Source: a virus. Taken from it: a stretch of DNA of 33,094 nucleotides. The position numbers and the translations under genes are program-made. The stretch covers positions 1 to 33,094 of IMG/VR virus record IMGVR_UViG_3300045988_132076; one strand, 5' to 3'. Numbering within the stretch: position 1 is the first letter of the stretch; each line of letters starts with the position of its first letter. Positions 15,524 to 25,800 of this stretch are shown here, one piece after another. The notes beneath the pieces were generated by a model. That model ran no database searches, had not been told where the DNA came from, and was given only the letters and a program-made list of their open reading frames with translations.

Positions 15524-16078
15524 ATGAAGGTCAGACAATTAATTAATAGGGCGTATATGCAAGTTGGCGATACGTCACAAGAGACATACACGCCTTATCA
15601 GTTTTTAGAGTTTTATAACGAGGGTAACCAATTATTAAATACGCTCATGGGGAAATATTGCCCGAACCTTGGTACTGTTACGCATGAGGATAGAGGAACG
15701 GGGGAAATCGTTCTTCCTAGTCAATGCGTATCTATTAGAAGTGTCACGGCGGACGGGCAAGAGGTTAGCGGGTATCATGTTCTGAACTTACAAACGGTGA
15801 AGTTTAAAGCCGATAAAGAACAAGATATATCCGTTGATTATGTGAAGTCGGCAGAGTATAAGAAATTCGACGATAACAGCGAATACCCGGCAGAGCTTGA
15901 GACTCTTTTAGTTGATTATATGGTTGCCCGTATTATGAACATAGACGTATCGGGAATTACAGGGAGCATGATAGAGGCCTTACGGTCACTTAATAACAGC
16001 TCCGACAGTGAAAGCGGCTATGTTCTTTCTAAGGGGTATTGGGATTATGACAGTACAAGAACTGATTACGCTGATTAG
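15524..16078 (+). CDS. Virion protein, possibly a head-tail adaptor (184 aa)
   Basis: Called on position only. ATG 15524 follows TGAGGTG (the track start at 15518 is a GTG inside the SD). Confidence 0.4.
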   Translation: MKVRQLINRAYMQVGDTSQETYTPYQFLEFYNEGNQLLNTLMGKYCPNLGTVTHEDRGTGEIVLPSQCVSIRSVTADGQEVSGYHVLNLQTVKFKADKEQDISVDYVKSAEYKKFDDNSEYPAELETLLVDYMVARIMNIDVSGITGSMIEALRSLNNSSDSESGYVLSKGYWDYDSTRTDYAD

Positions 16079-16520
16079 TGTAGAAAGCAACGAAATACTG
16101 GATGATAACAACGACTACATTCAGTACATAAACGCTGGCATTGATTACCTCTCTATGATACTGGTTGCAATTCGTGATAATGAAGTGGTTAAGAGTATGA
16201 CCGTAACGAACAATAGCGACGTTCCTACTAACTTTATGGGGTTCGTCCCTAAAAGCGGGTATCCCATACGGATTGTAAACGGACTGTTCTCAACGTATGA
16301 CGGCGAGGACGTGCAAGACGTGTTTTACAGTATTCGAAAGAATCATATAAATTCAATGGATTCAGCCGTTCCGTTTAGTGAGTTTTTTACGTCGTATCTT
16401 GTGCAACTTATTTCGTTTCTGATTAAAAAGAAGTCGCTAATGATTGATTACGCCAATTATGATAAAGGGTTTATTGACCACTTAACGGAGTTAATCAAGG
16501 CGTCTAGAGGGCTTACATAA
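16050..16520 (+). CDS. Virion-module protein of unknown function (156 aa)
   Basis: Position in the structural block. ATG 16050 overlaps the upstream gene by 29 nt. TAATG overlap with the next gene. Confidence 0.4.
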   Translation, partial: TVQELITLISVESNEILDDNNDYIQYINAGIDYLSMILVAIRDNEVVKSMTVTNNSDVPTNFMGFVPKSGYPIRIVNGLFSTYDGEDVQDVFYSIRKNHINSMDSAVPFSEFFTSYLVQLISFLIKKKSLMIDYANYDKGFIDHLTELIKASRGLT

Positions 16521-17941
16521 TGGGTGAGAGAGCAATAGCAAGTACAAACGGATATAGGCTAGGTCTTGACTGGAGTAATCCGCCTGAAGGGATTGATATA
16601 CAGGCACTTACTCAGGCAATGAATTGCGAGTTCGATAGAACGGATAACGCATTAAGAACAGTATCAGGGGTAACCGTTGCGTACGACGCGGGAATGTCGA
16701 TAGACACGTTATATTACGACGTGTACCGGCACAAATGGTACTTTACACACGGAACAGAGTTATACGAAACGGATCTAAAAACACGTAAGCGATTAGGAAC
16801 GCTCACGGGACAGCACAAACCGAAGTATCACGCGTACAGCGGTGATATTCTCATCGCAAGCGGCGGTAAGCTACAAGCCATAAGCGGAACGGGTGAGTTA
16901 TCGACGGTAGATGGCTCTCCGTCTTGTGAGATTGTAAGCAGCCATGCGGGTCGTGTTCTCGTTGCGTCTATTTATTCTCATCGGCTGACGTGGTCGGCTA
17001 TTGGCGATTATCGCAGTTGGGAGAACAACAAAAACGACAGCTCAAGCGGACAGTATTTAGATGTAGGGTATAAGGACAAGGGGGCAATAGTTGCCGTCGA
17101 TTTTCTTACACGTGCGATTATTGTATATAAGGAATACGGTAAGGTTTATCAAGTTGTTGGAACGCCTGACGAAGGGAATTTATCCGTATACCCTTTATCT
17201 AGTACAGGTTTTTGTAGTGGGTCAGCGATTAACATAGATGACCGCAGTTATTACCTTGGAGAACAGGGCTTAATGTCGTTCATGCCGACAAATACGTATG
17301 CAGAGATACAGCCGTTTGAGACGGGGCTAAACATTAATTCCTATCTACTCACTTATGTGGGGAAGGATTGCGAGATGTGGCATTGTCCGAGCCGTAAGCA
17401 ATTATGGATTAAACCGCATAACGGCGGTGGTATTTTCCTGTATCACTACTTGCCGAGGTATCAGGACGGCCGAGGAGTGTTTACGTCACGGCAGTTTGTT
17501 CATGACGTGCATGATGTGGTGGACGTGAATAAGAACATTTACGTTGCGTACGGCAATAAAATAGGGGTGCTTGATGACCGTACAGACTTAGACGACGGAC
17601 AGCAAATAGAAACGTCTATAGTAAGCGGAAACAGGCTTGCAATGCGGCTGTTCGTTCTTATTATGAATTACAATTTCGTAACTCATAACCTGATAGACGG
17701 CTACGGTAGCGTACAAATATCGGACAAGACACCGAAGCCTGTAACGTTTGCTAGTAAATCAACCAGAACATATTACGCCGATGAACGTACTTTTAGTGCG
17801 GACGATAAGTTAAACGTTAACGAGTACACGAAAGTATATAAAATCGGCGGCGGTGCTAATCGTAACGTACAGTTTAAAATCCATGTGCAAAAGGGAGCTA
17901 TTTCCTTACGGCAATTGGATTACACATATGAAGAGGTATAG
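16520..17941 (+). CDS. Large virion structural protein (473 aa), possibly tail tube or nozzle
   Basis: Position and size. The sequence looks beta-rich and repetitive. No family recognised. Confidence 0.4.
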   Translation: MGERAIASTNGYRLGLDWSNPPEGIDIQALTQAMNCEFDRTDNALRTVSGVTVAYDAGMSIDTLYYDVYRHKWYFTHGTELYETDLKTRKRLGTLTGQHKPKYHAYSGDILIASGGKLQAISGTGELSTVDGSPSCEIVSSHAGRVLVASIYSHRLTWSAIGDYRSWENNKNDSSSGQYLDVGYKDKGAIVAVDFLTRAIIVYKEYGKVYQVVGTPDEGNLSVYPLSSTGFCSGSAINIDDRSYYLGEQGLMSFMPTNTYAEIQPFETGLNINSYLLTYVGKDCEMWHCPSRKQLWIKPHNGGGIFLYHYLPRYQDGRGVFTSRQFVHDVHDVVDVNKNIYVAYGNKIGVLDDRTDLDDGQQIETSIVSGNRLAMRLFVLIMNYNFVTHNLIDGYGSVQISDKTPKPVTFASKSTRTYYADERTFSADDKLNVNEYTKVYKIGGGANRNVQFKIHVQKGAISLRQLDYTYEEV

Positions 17942-17944
17942 CCT

Positions 17945-19345
17945 ATGGCATATAAAGAAAAATACGCACTTGATATAACGCCTCAAGGCGATACAGTGCG
18001 GCAAAGTATTAAGAAGAACCGGGACGAAATATTAGAAGTCGCTAGAACAGTAGAACTAAAAAGCGGCGGCGGTGCGACGGGTCTCCGCAATAGATTTCTT
18101 AACGGCAAGATAAGCAACGGGGAATATTCCTTTTTAACAGGGGATAACCTAGGCGTAACGCTCGACGGAACACAAACGCCCGTAATTGTATCGTTTGCAG
18201 ACGGGTATAACGAGTTTGGGGCAGTTGATTACGTGGCGTCTATTGATAGTAAGGTGAGTGCTTGGAGTTTGCTGCCTAATAAAACGCAGTACATATATGT
18301 AGAGCGGACTGGAAGCGGTGCCGTAAGTTATGGCAGTACAACCGTAAAGCCAGTACGACAGTCAACACCGCCTGATACGGGTTTAAACGCCATGTACTAC
18401 AACGACATTATGGACATGATGTACGTATATAACGGATCTCAATGGGAACGTAAGCAACGTGTACTTATTGCCGAAGTAGTAACGGACGGGTCAAGCGTAA
18501 AGACCATTAAATATTATCAGCCGAGTATGAACGGAAGCGGCATTGCGACAGGCTCTATTACAAGTACGCAAATTGCTAACGAGGGCATTAAATCCGTAAA
18601 TGTTGGGAGCGGAGAAGTAAAGGCGGTAAACCTTGCGGACAAGTCCGTAACCAAAGCAAAGTTAGCAGATGACACGTTAAAGCATATAAACGACGCTGAC
18701 AACGCTGTTAGAAGTGACCTAACCAGTCATAAAGCCGACACAGCCGCACATAAGCCGATATTTGACGGATTTGTAAAGTCTGCGGCTTATGACAACGGCA
18801 AGTTAAAAGTAACTCACGGAAGCGGCACAATTGACAGCGTCAACATTATTACAAGCAATGCCGATGACACAAACTTGTCATTAGGCGTTTCGCTTGGTGC
18901 TGTTAATTCGATTATTTCGGCTCTTCATATTAAAGACGGTAATGACGTTGTACAAGCATTGGGGAATACAGGGCTATCGTCTATCGGTATGGAATTTAAT
19001 ACGAGCAATCCCGACTTATGGTATATGAAATTCGGCAAGGCGTTTCACAATTTCACCATACAGGGCGGTAAACGACAGGTTGGGAAACAGGTTGATACAC
19101 GTAATGACCCTATGATATTTCCTCGCCAAACATTCGCTACTGCCTTTAGTGATAAATGTTTGTGGATGGGATTCACCATTACACCTGTTGCCAATGGAAC
19201 GTATGGACGCTTTTGGGGGAATTCAGCCGCTTCCGTATTTGCTCGCGAAATGAACAAAACCGATTTCACGTATGAAGTTCATTCTATGCTTGAAGGGATG
19301 TTGCTCGAAACGGCAACAATGAAATGGATCGCCGTGGGGGTATAG
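17945..19345 (+). CDS. Tail fibre / receptor-binding protein
   Basis: GSITSTQIANEGIKSVNVGSGEVKAVNLADKSVTKAKLADDTLKHI is the short repeat common in phage fibre shafts. 466 aa in the tail module. Confidence 0.55.
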   Translation: MAYKEKYALDITPQGDTVRQSIKKNRDEILEVARTVELKSGGGATGLRNRFLNGKISNGEYSFLTGDNLGVTLDGTQTPVIVSFADGYNEFGAVDYVASIDSKVSAWSLLPNKTQYIYVERTGSGAVSYGSTTVKPVRQSTPPDTGLNAMYYNDIMDMMYVYNGSQWERKQRVLIAEVVTDGSSVKTIKYYQPSMNGSGIATGSITSTQIANEGIKSVNVGSGEVKAVNLADKSVTKAKLADDTLKHINDADNAVRSDLTSHKADTAAHKPIFDGFVKSAAYDNGKLKVTHGSGTIDSVNIITSNADDTNLSLGVSLGAVNSIISALHIKDGNDVVQALGNTGLSSIGMEFNTSNPDLWYMKFGKAFHNFTIQGGKRQVGKQVDTRNDPMIFPRQTFATAFSDKCLWMGFTITPVANGTYGRFWGNSAASVFAREMNKTDFTYEVHSMLEGMLLETATMKWIAVGV

Positions 19346-19347
19346 TC

Positions 19348-19767
19348 ATGAAAACAGACAGCTTACAAGACATGGTAAAAGACTACGAACGGCGAACGGG
19401 TGAAAAGGTTTCATTTGATGGCTTTTTCTTTGACGAAGGTAATCACTTCCGAGATGATAACTTTCAATATTTTAACTTCTTCCCTAACGAGGGATTCATA
19501 TTCTGGGGGATTAACGAAGAACATGGGGAACGCGTGTTTAGTATTTTACAGACATACGGAAACATGAAAGTAATCGGAAAATTCATTGTAGACGTAATGG
19601 ACAAGAACAAACTTGATACAATCGTTACGGCTACGGCACGAAAAAGCGTAAATGGATTTGTCAAAAAGTGGGATATGAAACGGCTACCCGCCTATGACTA
19701 CACTTATTACGGGAAGGATTATAAGGTCCTTATAACGAACAAAGAAAGCCTTGAACGCACCTTATAG
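19348..19767 (+). CDS. Hypothetical protein in the tail module (139 aa; fibre chaperone?)
   Basis: GGGGGT SD. Aromatic and acidic composition. No motif. The suggested role comes from position only. Confidence 0.4.
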   Translation: MKTDSLQDMVKDYERRTGEKVSFDGFFFDEGNHFRDDNFQYFNFFPNEGFIFWGINEEHGERVFSILQTYGNMKVIGKFIVDVMDKNKLDTIVTATARKSVNGFVKKWDMKRLPAYDYTYYGKDYKVLITNKESLERTL

Positions 19768-19776
19768 GAGATAAAC

Positions 19777-21255
19777 ATGATATTTAACTTACAGCTTTTC
19801 GGCGGTGGCGGTAAAAAGTCTAAAGTATCGCACACTGAAGCCCATCTGCCTGAAGCAAGCGTTGAAGAAAAAGGGTTACTTCAAAACCAGTTAAACTGGA
19901 TTAACGGGGCAAACGCTAGTGCTAATAGGCTTCAGGGTATGGGAGACGGGGCATTAAATAACGCCGTAACGCCGAATTATCAAGACATGTATAACAATTA
20001 CTTGGCTGCCAATAACGGCAACCAAAACGCACTGGCAGCACTACAAAATCAAGTATCATCTGCAGGGACAAGGAACCTTACGGATAATACAAAGTATGCT
20101 CAACAACTTGGGGCGGCAACGGACGGAATGGTAAATAACGCCGACAGTCTAGCCAACGAGTATAACGGAGCGGTACTAAAGAATCAGGCCGCCATGAACG
20201 ACATTACTCAAGGCAATATCCCTGAAGCATACGCAAAGGCACGGCAGACGGCGTTAAATAACGATTTACAAAGTACCGTTGGCAACGCGTTATCAGGCTT
20301 GGCTAGTCGCGGGATTATCAACTCATCACAGGCCGACAGTGCTATCAATGACATATCCAAAAACGCAACGAACGCACTGGCAGCACAATACACGCAAGAT
20401 ATTAATACGGCGGCTAACCTCAACAATCAAGCTTATACCAACGCTTTGAATGGCATTGGAGCAAAAATGAATTTGTGGGGCAACCAATTCAATAACCAAC
20501 AGTCTGGAATTATGAATCAGGCGGCGTTAATGAATCAGGGCTACACCAACCAGGTAAACAATGCGGGAACAGCTGCGGGACTTGTCGGACAGCGTGAAGG
20601 ATTGGCAGCCGCTCCGATTAGTACAGGCAGTTCGACACAACAGGCGGCAATACAGCCGGCTAAAGATTATTACACCATGGCACAGCTTAACAACTCTGAT
20701 AATGAGGATTTGTTAAAAGCCTACATGCAAGGACGTTATGGATTAGCCGCACCCGCACAAACGACAGTGCGACAAGGAAGCGGCGGATTTTTAGGGGGAT
20801 TTATGAGCGGATTTTGTTTTGCAAAAGGCACAGAAATAGCAACGATTGAGGGTAGTAAACCGATTGAAGAGGTTGTTACAGGTGATAAAGTTGTATCCCT
20901 TGGAAAAGTGCTTAACGTTATCGCTATGCATGAAATGGGAGAATCTCCGACGGTACGACTTAACACGGAAGATACAGGCGTGGTTACTACCGCCAGTGAA
21001 AAGGTACTTACTAACGACGGATTGAAACTTGTATCTGAAGTTGAAGTTGGCGAGCATATTATGACGGTACATGGCTGGCAGAAGATCACAAGTAAGGAAG
21101 ACACAGACATTACAGAAGCGGTATATGAACTTGAATGTGACGGGGATAATCTGTTTTACGCTAACGGTATCTTAGCCGAAGGGATTAGCCAGGAAGAGTT
21201 ACAGGCCTTGAATGATGGCGAAAAGAAGAAAGGCAGTAAGAAAGGAGAAGCCTAA
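19777..21255 (+). CDS. Virion (probably ejected) protein with an L27-like N-terminal motif, an N/Q-rich body and a C-terminal Hint domain
   Basis: The N-terminus is MIFNLQLFGGGGKKSK. Residues 347-463, CFAKGTEIATIEGSKPIEEVVTGDKVVS...LFYAN, fit the Hint/intein-like fold pattern. Confidence 0.7.
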   Translation: MIFNLQLFGGGGKKSKVSHTEAHLPEASVEEKGLLQNQLNWINGANASANRLQGMGDGALNNAVTPNYQDMYNNYLAANNGNQNALAALQNQVSSAGTRNLTDNTKYAQQLGAATDGMVNNADSLANEYNGAVLKNQAAMNDITQGNIPEAYAKARQTALNNDLQSTVGNALSGLASRGIINSSQADSAINDISKNATNALAAQYTQDINTAANLNNQAYTNALNGIGAKMNLWGNQFNNQQSGIMNQAALMNQGYTNQVNNAGTAAGLVGQREGLAAAPISTGSSTQQAAIQPAKDYYTMAQLNNSDNEDLLKAYMQGRYGLAAPAQTTVRQGSGGFLGGFMSGFCFAKGTEIATIEGSKPIEEVVTGDKVVSLGKVLNVIAMHEMGESPTVRLNTEDTGVVTTASEKVLTNDGLKLVSEVEVGEHIMTVHGWQKITSKEDTDITEAVYELECDGDNLFYANGILAEGISQEELQALNDGEKKKGSKKGEA

Positions 21256-22799
21256 TGAGTACGATTTATTTACAGGACTTTGAGCCGTGGGCGGCACTTG
21301 GTAAGCTTGCGGGAATGTACGCAACTCACAGACTGGGACAGCTAAACGAAAACAACATGGCTAAAGGGCTTAATGATGTTCTTGGCGGTAGTGGAAATGG
21401 ACAGGCTGCAGATAAAACAGCCGTTGTAGATGACGGACGTAACGGATTATGGAATCAGTCGTTACCTGCTTCGCAATTTAATGCGGGGCAGTATATGAGT
21501 AACTCCCTTCGTAGTCAAATCGGTAATGGAAGCGGTGGATTGTGGGGATTCGGCCAAAGTCAGAACACAACGCCTATTACTCAAGCGGCACAGGCTACAC
21601 CCGTAACACCTACGCCGACGGCAACCGCACAGCCGATACAAAACAGTAATGCCGACACGACGGCGGCACCGGCTGCATTTACTTCGACCCCTTCGTTTAG
21701 TCAGCGTGGCGGGTTATGGGGGTTTGGCCAAACACAACCGCAACAGCCGCAAGGGTATTTGGGCATGGTAACGGGGAATCCGAATTTTTTCGGTAATGCG
21801 TCCCGCGAGGTAGATAGCACTGATACGGATAACAAGACGCAACAGGACAAGCCTGGCTATCAAGTTCCGAACAAGAGCGATATTATCAAGGACGCACGGA
21901 AGCGGCTAGGGGCTGACGTATTAACACTCGTTAAATCGGGCATGGACTTTAAAACCGCCAAGGGGATCGCCGAGGAACTCTATAATACCGATGTGAACAA
22001 CGAGTACACCAAACAGGCTAATGCGTTCTCCGATAACGTTCTTGCACCTATGCGTAATCAAATCATACAGAGCCTTATTTACACTAAGGATAAGGACGGT
22101 AATACGGTTGTTGATACGTATAATTCGCAGAAGGTTAAGGGCATAGCCGCAGCCGTCGATAGGTACAATTACTATGCTAATAAAATAGGTGCTGAAAAGA
22201 TTGACATGAACAACCTCAACAGCATTTACGCATTGCATGATGATTATAAGTTCCAACAGATGAGTAACGGACACGTTGCCCGGTTCAACATGACCCAAGG
22301 CACAATTGACGATGTTGGCAACTACGCAAAATCTAACATGCAGCAAGCACAGAACGGCCAAATGTTCGTAATGACGGATGACGGAAAAATACAGAACCTT
22401 GGTAACTTCGGTAAGAAAAATATCAAGGTCATGAATGACGGCACGGCTTACATGGTAGGGGCTGACGGGTCTATGAAGTACGTTGGTAAATACGTTGACC
22501 CGACGAAAGCGGCAACGGCGAGAGCAGCACAGCAAAACGCAGCCGTTAAAAACCTCGTTACATTACATAAGGCATGGCAATCAAGCCACCCTGGAGAAGA
22601 CGAGTCTGAAAGCCCGTATTATGCTAAGCTTAGAACGTCTATGGGCTTGGCTAATCCGACGTACTCCGAGGAAGAGCAACAACAAGTTGCTGATAGAATT
22701 AACCAGTTAAAAGCGTCAGGTGTATCGTCAGCACAGATTAAATCCGAGTTAATCGCGAAGGGGCTTAACAGGTACGCCGACTGGGTGCCTGATGATTAA
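21255..22799 (+). CDS. Virion/ejection-module protein of unknown function (514 aa)
   Basis: TAATG overlap and AAGGAGAA SD. The N-terminal half is low-complexity, with GGLWGFGQ occurring twice. Position is the only basis for the suggested role. Confidence 0.45.
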   Translation: MSTIYLQDFEPWAALGKLAGMYATHRLGQLNENNMAKGLNDVLGGSGNGQAADKTAVVDDGRNGLWNQSLPASQFNAGQYMSNSLRSQIGNGSGGLWGFGQSQNTTPITQAAQATPVTPTPTATAQPIQNSNADTTAAPAAFTSTPSFSQRGGLWGFGQTQPQQPQGYLGMVTGNPNFFGNASREVDSTDTDNKTQQDKPGYQVPNKSDIIKDARKRLGADVLTLVKSGMDFKTAKGIAEELYNTDVNNEYTKQANAFSDNVLAPMRNQIIQSLIYTKDKDGNTVVDTYNSQKVKGIAAAVDRYNYYANKIGAEKIDMNNLNSIYALHDDYKFQQMSNGHVARFNMTQGTIDDVGNYAKSNMQQAQNGQMFVMTDDGKIQNLGNFGKKNIKVMNDGTAYMVGADGSMKYVGKYVDPTKAATARAAQQNAAVKNLVTLHKAWQSSHPGEDESESPYYAKLRTSMGLANPTYSEEEQQQVADRINQLKASGVSSAQIKSELIAKGLNRYADWVPDD

Positions 22800-22800
22800 T

Positions 22801-22835
22801 AGAAGGGGCGTTTATAACGTCCCTTCTTGTTTATA
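22801..22835 (+). terminator. Hairpin / weak terminator upstream of the giant gene
   Basis: AGAAGGGGCG / loop TTTATAA / CGTCCCTTCT forms 10 bp including one G-U pair, then TGTTTATAT. Confidence 0.5.
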
Positions 22836-22851
22836 TATGAAAGGGTAAAAC

Positions 22852-25800
22852 ATGGGAGCGTTTGATAACCTTTTTCCGAACGAACAAGATAGTTTAAATT
22901 ACACACCGCAAGGGTATTTTGATGATATTGTAGAAAACGGTATCATTCAGCAGCAGTTAGCCCAACAAGCGGCACAACAGCAAGCACAACAAAGCGGCGG
23001 CGGATCTATTATTGATGGAATCGCCAACAACGTGGAGTACGTAAAAAACGGCATTGCGAACAATGTAGAATACGTGCAAAACGGGTTTGATAATGCCGCA
23101 AAGGCGGCCGCTGACCAAGCAGAAACAACGTTAACTAATGTAGGGAATACGATAAAAGACTGGGGAAACAATGTAAAAAACGCCTGGGATAATTACAATT
23201 ACCAAGTCGGGAACGCTGTTATTAATGCGGCTAACGAAAACGGCGGCGTTGTTCCTATGGTTGTATCTGATGACCCTGAAGCAACTCTTACGCAGTATGG
23301 CGGTACAGACTACACCAACGCACGAAGAAACTTATATAACGAAGCTATCGGCAAGCCCGCCGCCAATCTTGCTATTACTCCGTTCATGCCGACACCTATA
23401 CGAGCAGTAGCCGGGATTGCGGCCGCTCCGATGATTGCGGGAGACCTTGCAGAGATTGCAACGCAAAACGCTGAAGCTAAGGCCAACGGAGAAGCACCCG
23501 AAGGAATTATGGGGAACCCTGTCATAGCAACGGCAAAACAGTTTGCGATAGACCCGATTATAGACCCTGTAACACGTGCAGTAAGCGACCCTTCTGGGTT
23601 TATTGGTAATATCGTCGATAATCCTACTAACCTTTGGAGCGATGTATTTTTGCCCGTAGAGTTAACCAAAGGGGCAGTACCCAAAGGAGTAAAAGAGGGC
23701 GTTTATAATAAAGTCTCTGATGTAATCCCTGAACGAGTTGGCGAGATTAAAGAAAAGATAGGCGAAGCGGCAGAAAATGTACGTAATAAAGCGGCGGGAG
23801 CATTTGACGATATAGGTAGAAACGAAATCAAAAGCGAAACGCCTGAACTTGCAGCCGCATACGAACCGCAAGGAATGTTTGAAGGGGTTATTCCTGAAGA
23901 AGCTGTTAGCGATTATGTATCACCTGAACGCCCTGAAGGCGGTTACGAAGAAACGGGAAATCTTCAGAATGACATTTATAACCGTTACCGTGCGGCGGGA
24001 TTCACAGACGTGGAAGCGGCAGCCCTTACGGGTAATATAGGAGCAGAAAGTAGTTTTGATACGAGAGTCGTAAGCCATGACGAATATGGATCAGAAGGGC
24101 TAATTCAATTTACAGATGACAGGCTACAGGGATTAAAGGACTTCGCAGCAGAAAAAGGGCTTGACCCTTATGATTGGAAAACGCAAATTGATTTCTCTAT
24201 CCACGAGTTAACAGAGGGAAATGAAAGAGCCGCATTAAATGCTATGCGAGAACACCCCGACGCAACGCCGGAAGAAATGGCTGTTATTGTTCGTAGGGAA
24301 TATGAAAGACCTAATCCCAATGTAGCCAGAGACGAAGAACGTCAACGTATAGCCCGAGAAACTTTTGATGGCAATTATGGTGATTACAAGAGTACGCCGA
24401 GAAACGGAGTTTCCGAAAACGGTGAATCTCGTCGAATCCAACAGGCTGAAAAGGAAATTCCTCATGAAATCGTGGAAAGCGATAAAAACAATTCTCAAGT
24501 AAGCGGAGATAAAGAAAATTTAAATATTTCGGCAAAAAACGACCTCGTAGAATCATATTTAAGCCATGCTAAAGATGACTTGAATATGAATACTAGTACT
24601 GATGATACAAACGGCGTTAGAAGTGAAAAAAAGGCGGTTTTTGACGATTCAGCCGAAAATAACGCAAAAAAAGAGGTGACAAGTCAAAATATTGACATAT
24701 CACCTGAAAAATTAGCAGAAGAAATTAATAAATCGCCTAAAATTATGGATTCATTCCGAACATATGACATTGATGAACTTAGGCGGTACGAAGAAATGTC
24801 ATGGAAAGATGTAAATCAAGAAGTAAAGAAAAACATTCTTGATTTAAAAGCTGGCGTTATTGACCCGTTGGGGAATTTAGTAAAGTTTGTATATAACACT
24901 GCGAATAAAAAGAGCTTGGATGGATTGGCCAATCATTTGTATATGGGGTCTAAAAAAGCAGAACGTCATCCGAGCAAGTTAAGAGGGTTTGCAACTCAGC
25001 TTATAAAAGACACTTTGGCTAATCCTGACGTAATATATGGACAGGAAAACGGGAATTATAGATATGTAGGGTTCTTGCGAGGGGAACGGAACTTATTGCA
25101 TTCTGTTATTGTTTCAGTCGAAGATGGCAAGGTAAGCAAAATTATTACATCGTTTGCTCATGATTATAGTACTGGGCGTGGAGAAGGTGGAATTGACGCA
25201 AAAAAAACGCTCAATCCTAAAGATGGGGATACACGTGTAACTAACGTTATACACGTTAAACCCGAAATTAGGAATGAGCTTAGTACCCGACAGTCGGAGC
25301 GTCCCCCGCAGGCAACCAGTGATAGTGCCGCATTGTCTGACGCTAGACCCGACACATCTGGTAATTCAAGAGTAACAGATGAACTAGGGAAAGTCAATGA
25401 TAAAGATTTGGAATATAACGTTAGCAATAATAACACCCCTACAGGAGAAGGCGTTGAGCGACTGGGACGGCCTGTTACACGACGGGAAATTATTAATACC
25501 GTTAATGACTTATTTGACCAACGTGTAAAATCGGGACGGCTTGGCAAGCGTAAAGACGTTCTTGGGTGGTATAACCGCATGACGGAAGTAATCCGTACTC
25601 GTAATTTTGGGGATATAAATACGCTTATGCATGAACTTGGTCATCACGTAGATCATAAGAACGGATTCAGCATTAACCCGAAGTTTAACGCAGAATTTTC
25701 TAAGGTTGTACATGAACGCTTCGGCAAGGTGTATGACAAGTTAGGCGATGAAGGTATCCGCAAAGAAGGCTATGCCGAGTTCTTCCATGATTACGTAAGC

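Noticed and set aside
21921-22535. 204-aa minus-strand ORF inside the 21255-22799 gene
   Set aside because: It lies entirely antisense to a well-supported + strand gene and has no SD. Its composition (rich in Cys, His, Val, Ile and Leu) is typical of shadow ORFs.
23020-23085. 33-bp tandem duplication near the start of the giant gene as a regulatory repeat
   Set aside because: It is in-frame and encodes IANNVEYV(K/Q)NG twice, with synonymous differences between the copies. It is a protein-level repeat, not a DNA element.
20736-25580. Other long antisense ORFs (20736-21110, 23310-23684, 25164-25580, 26733-27062, 28101-28430 and others)
   Set aside because: All are embedded antisense in large + strand genes of a single co-oriented late operon. 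None has an SD or a recognisable motif.
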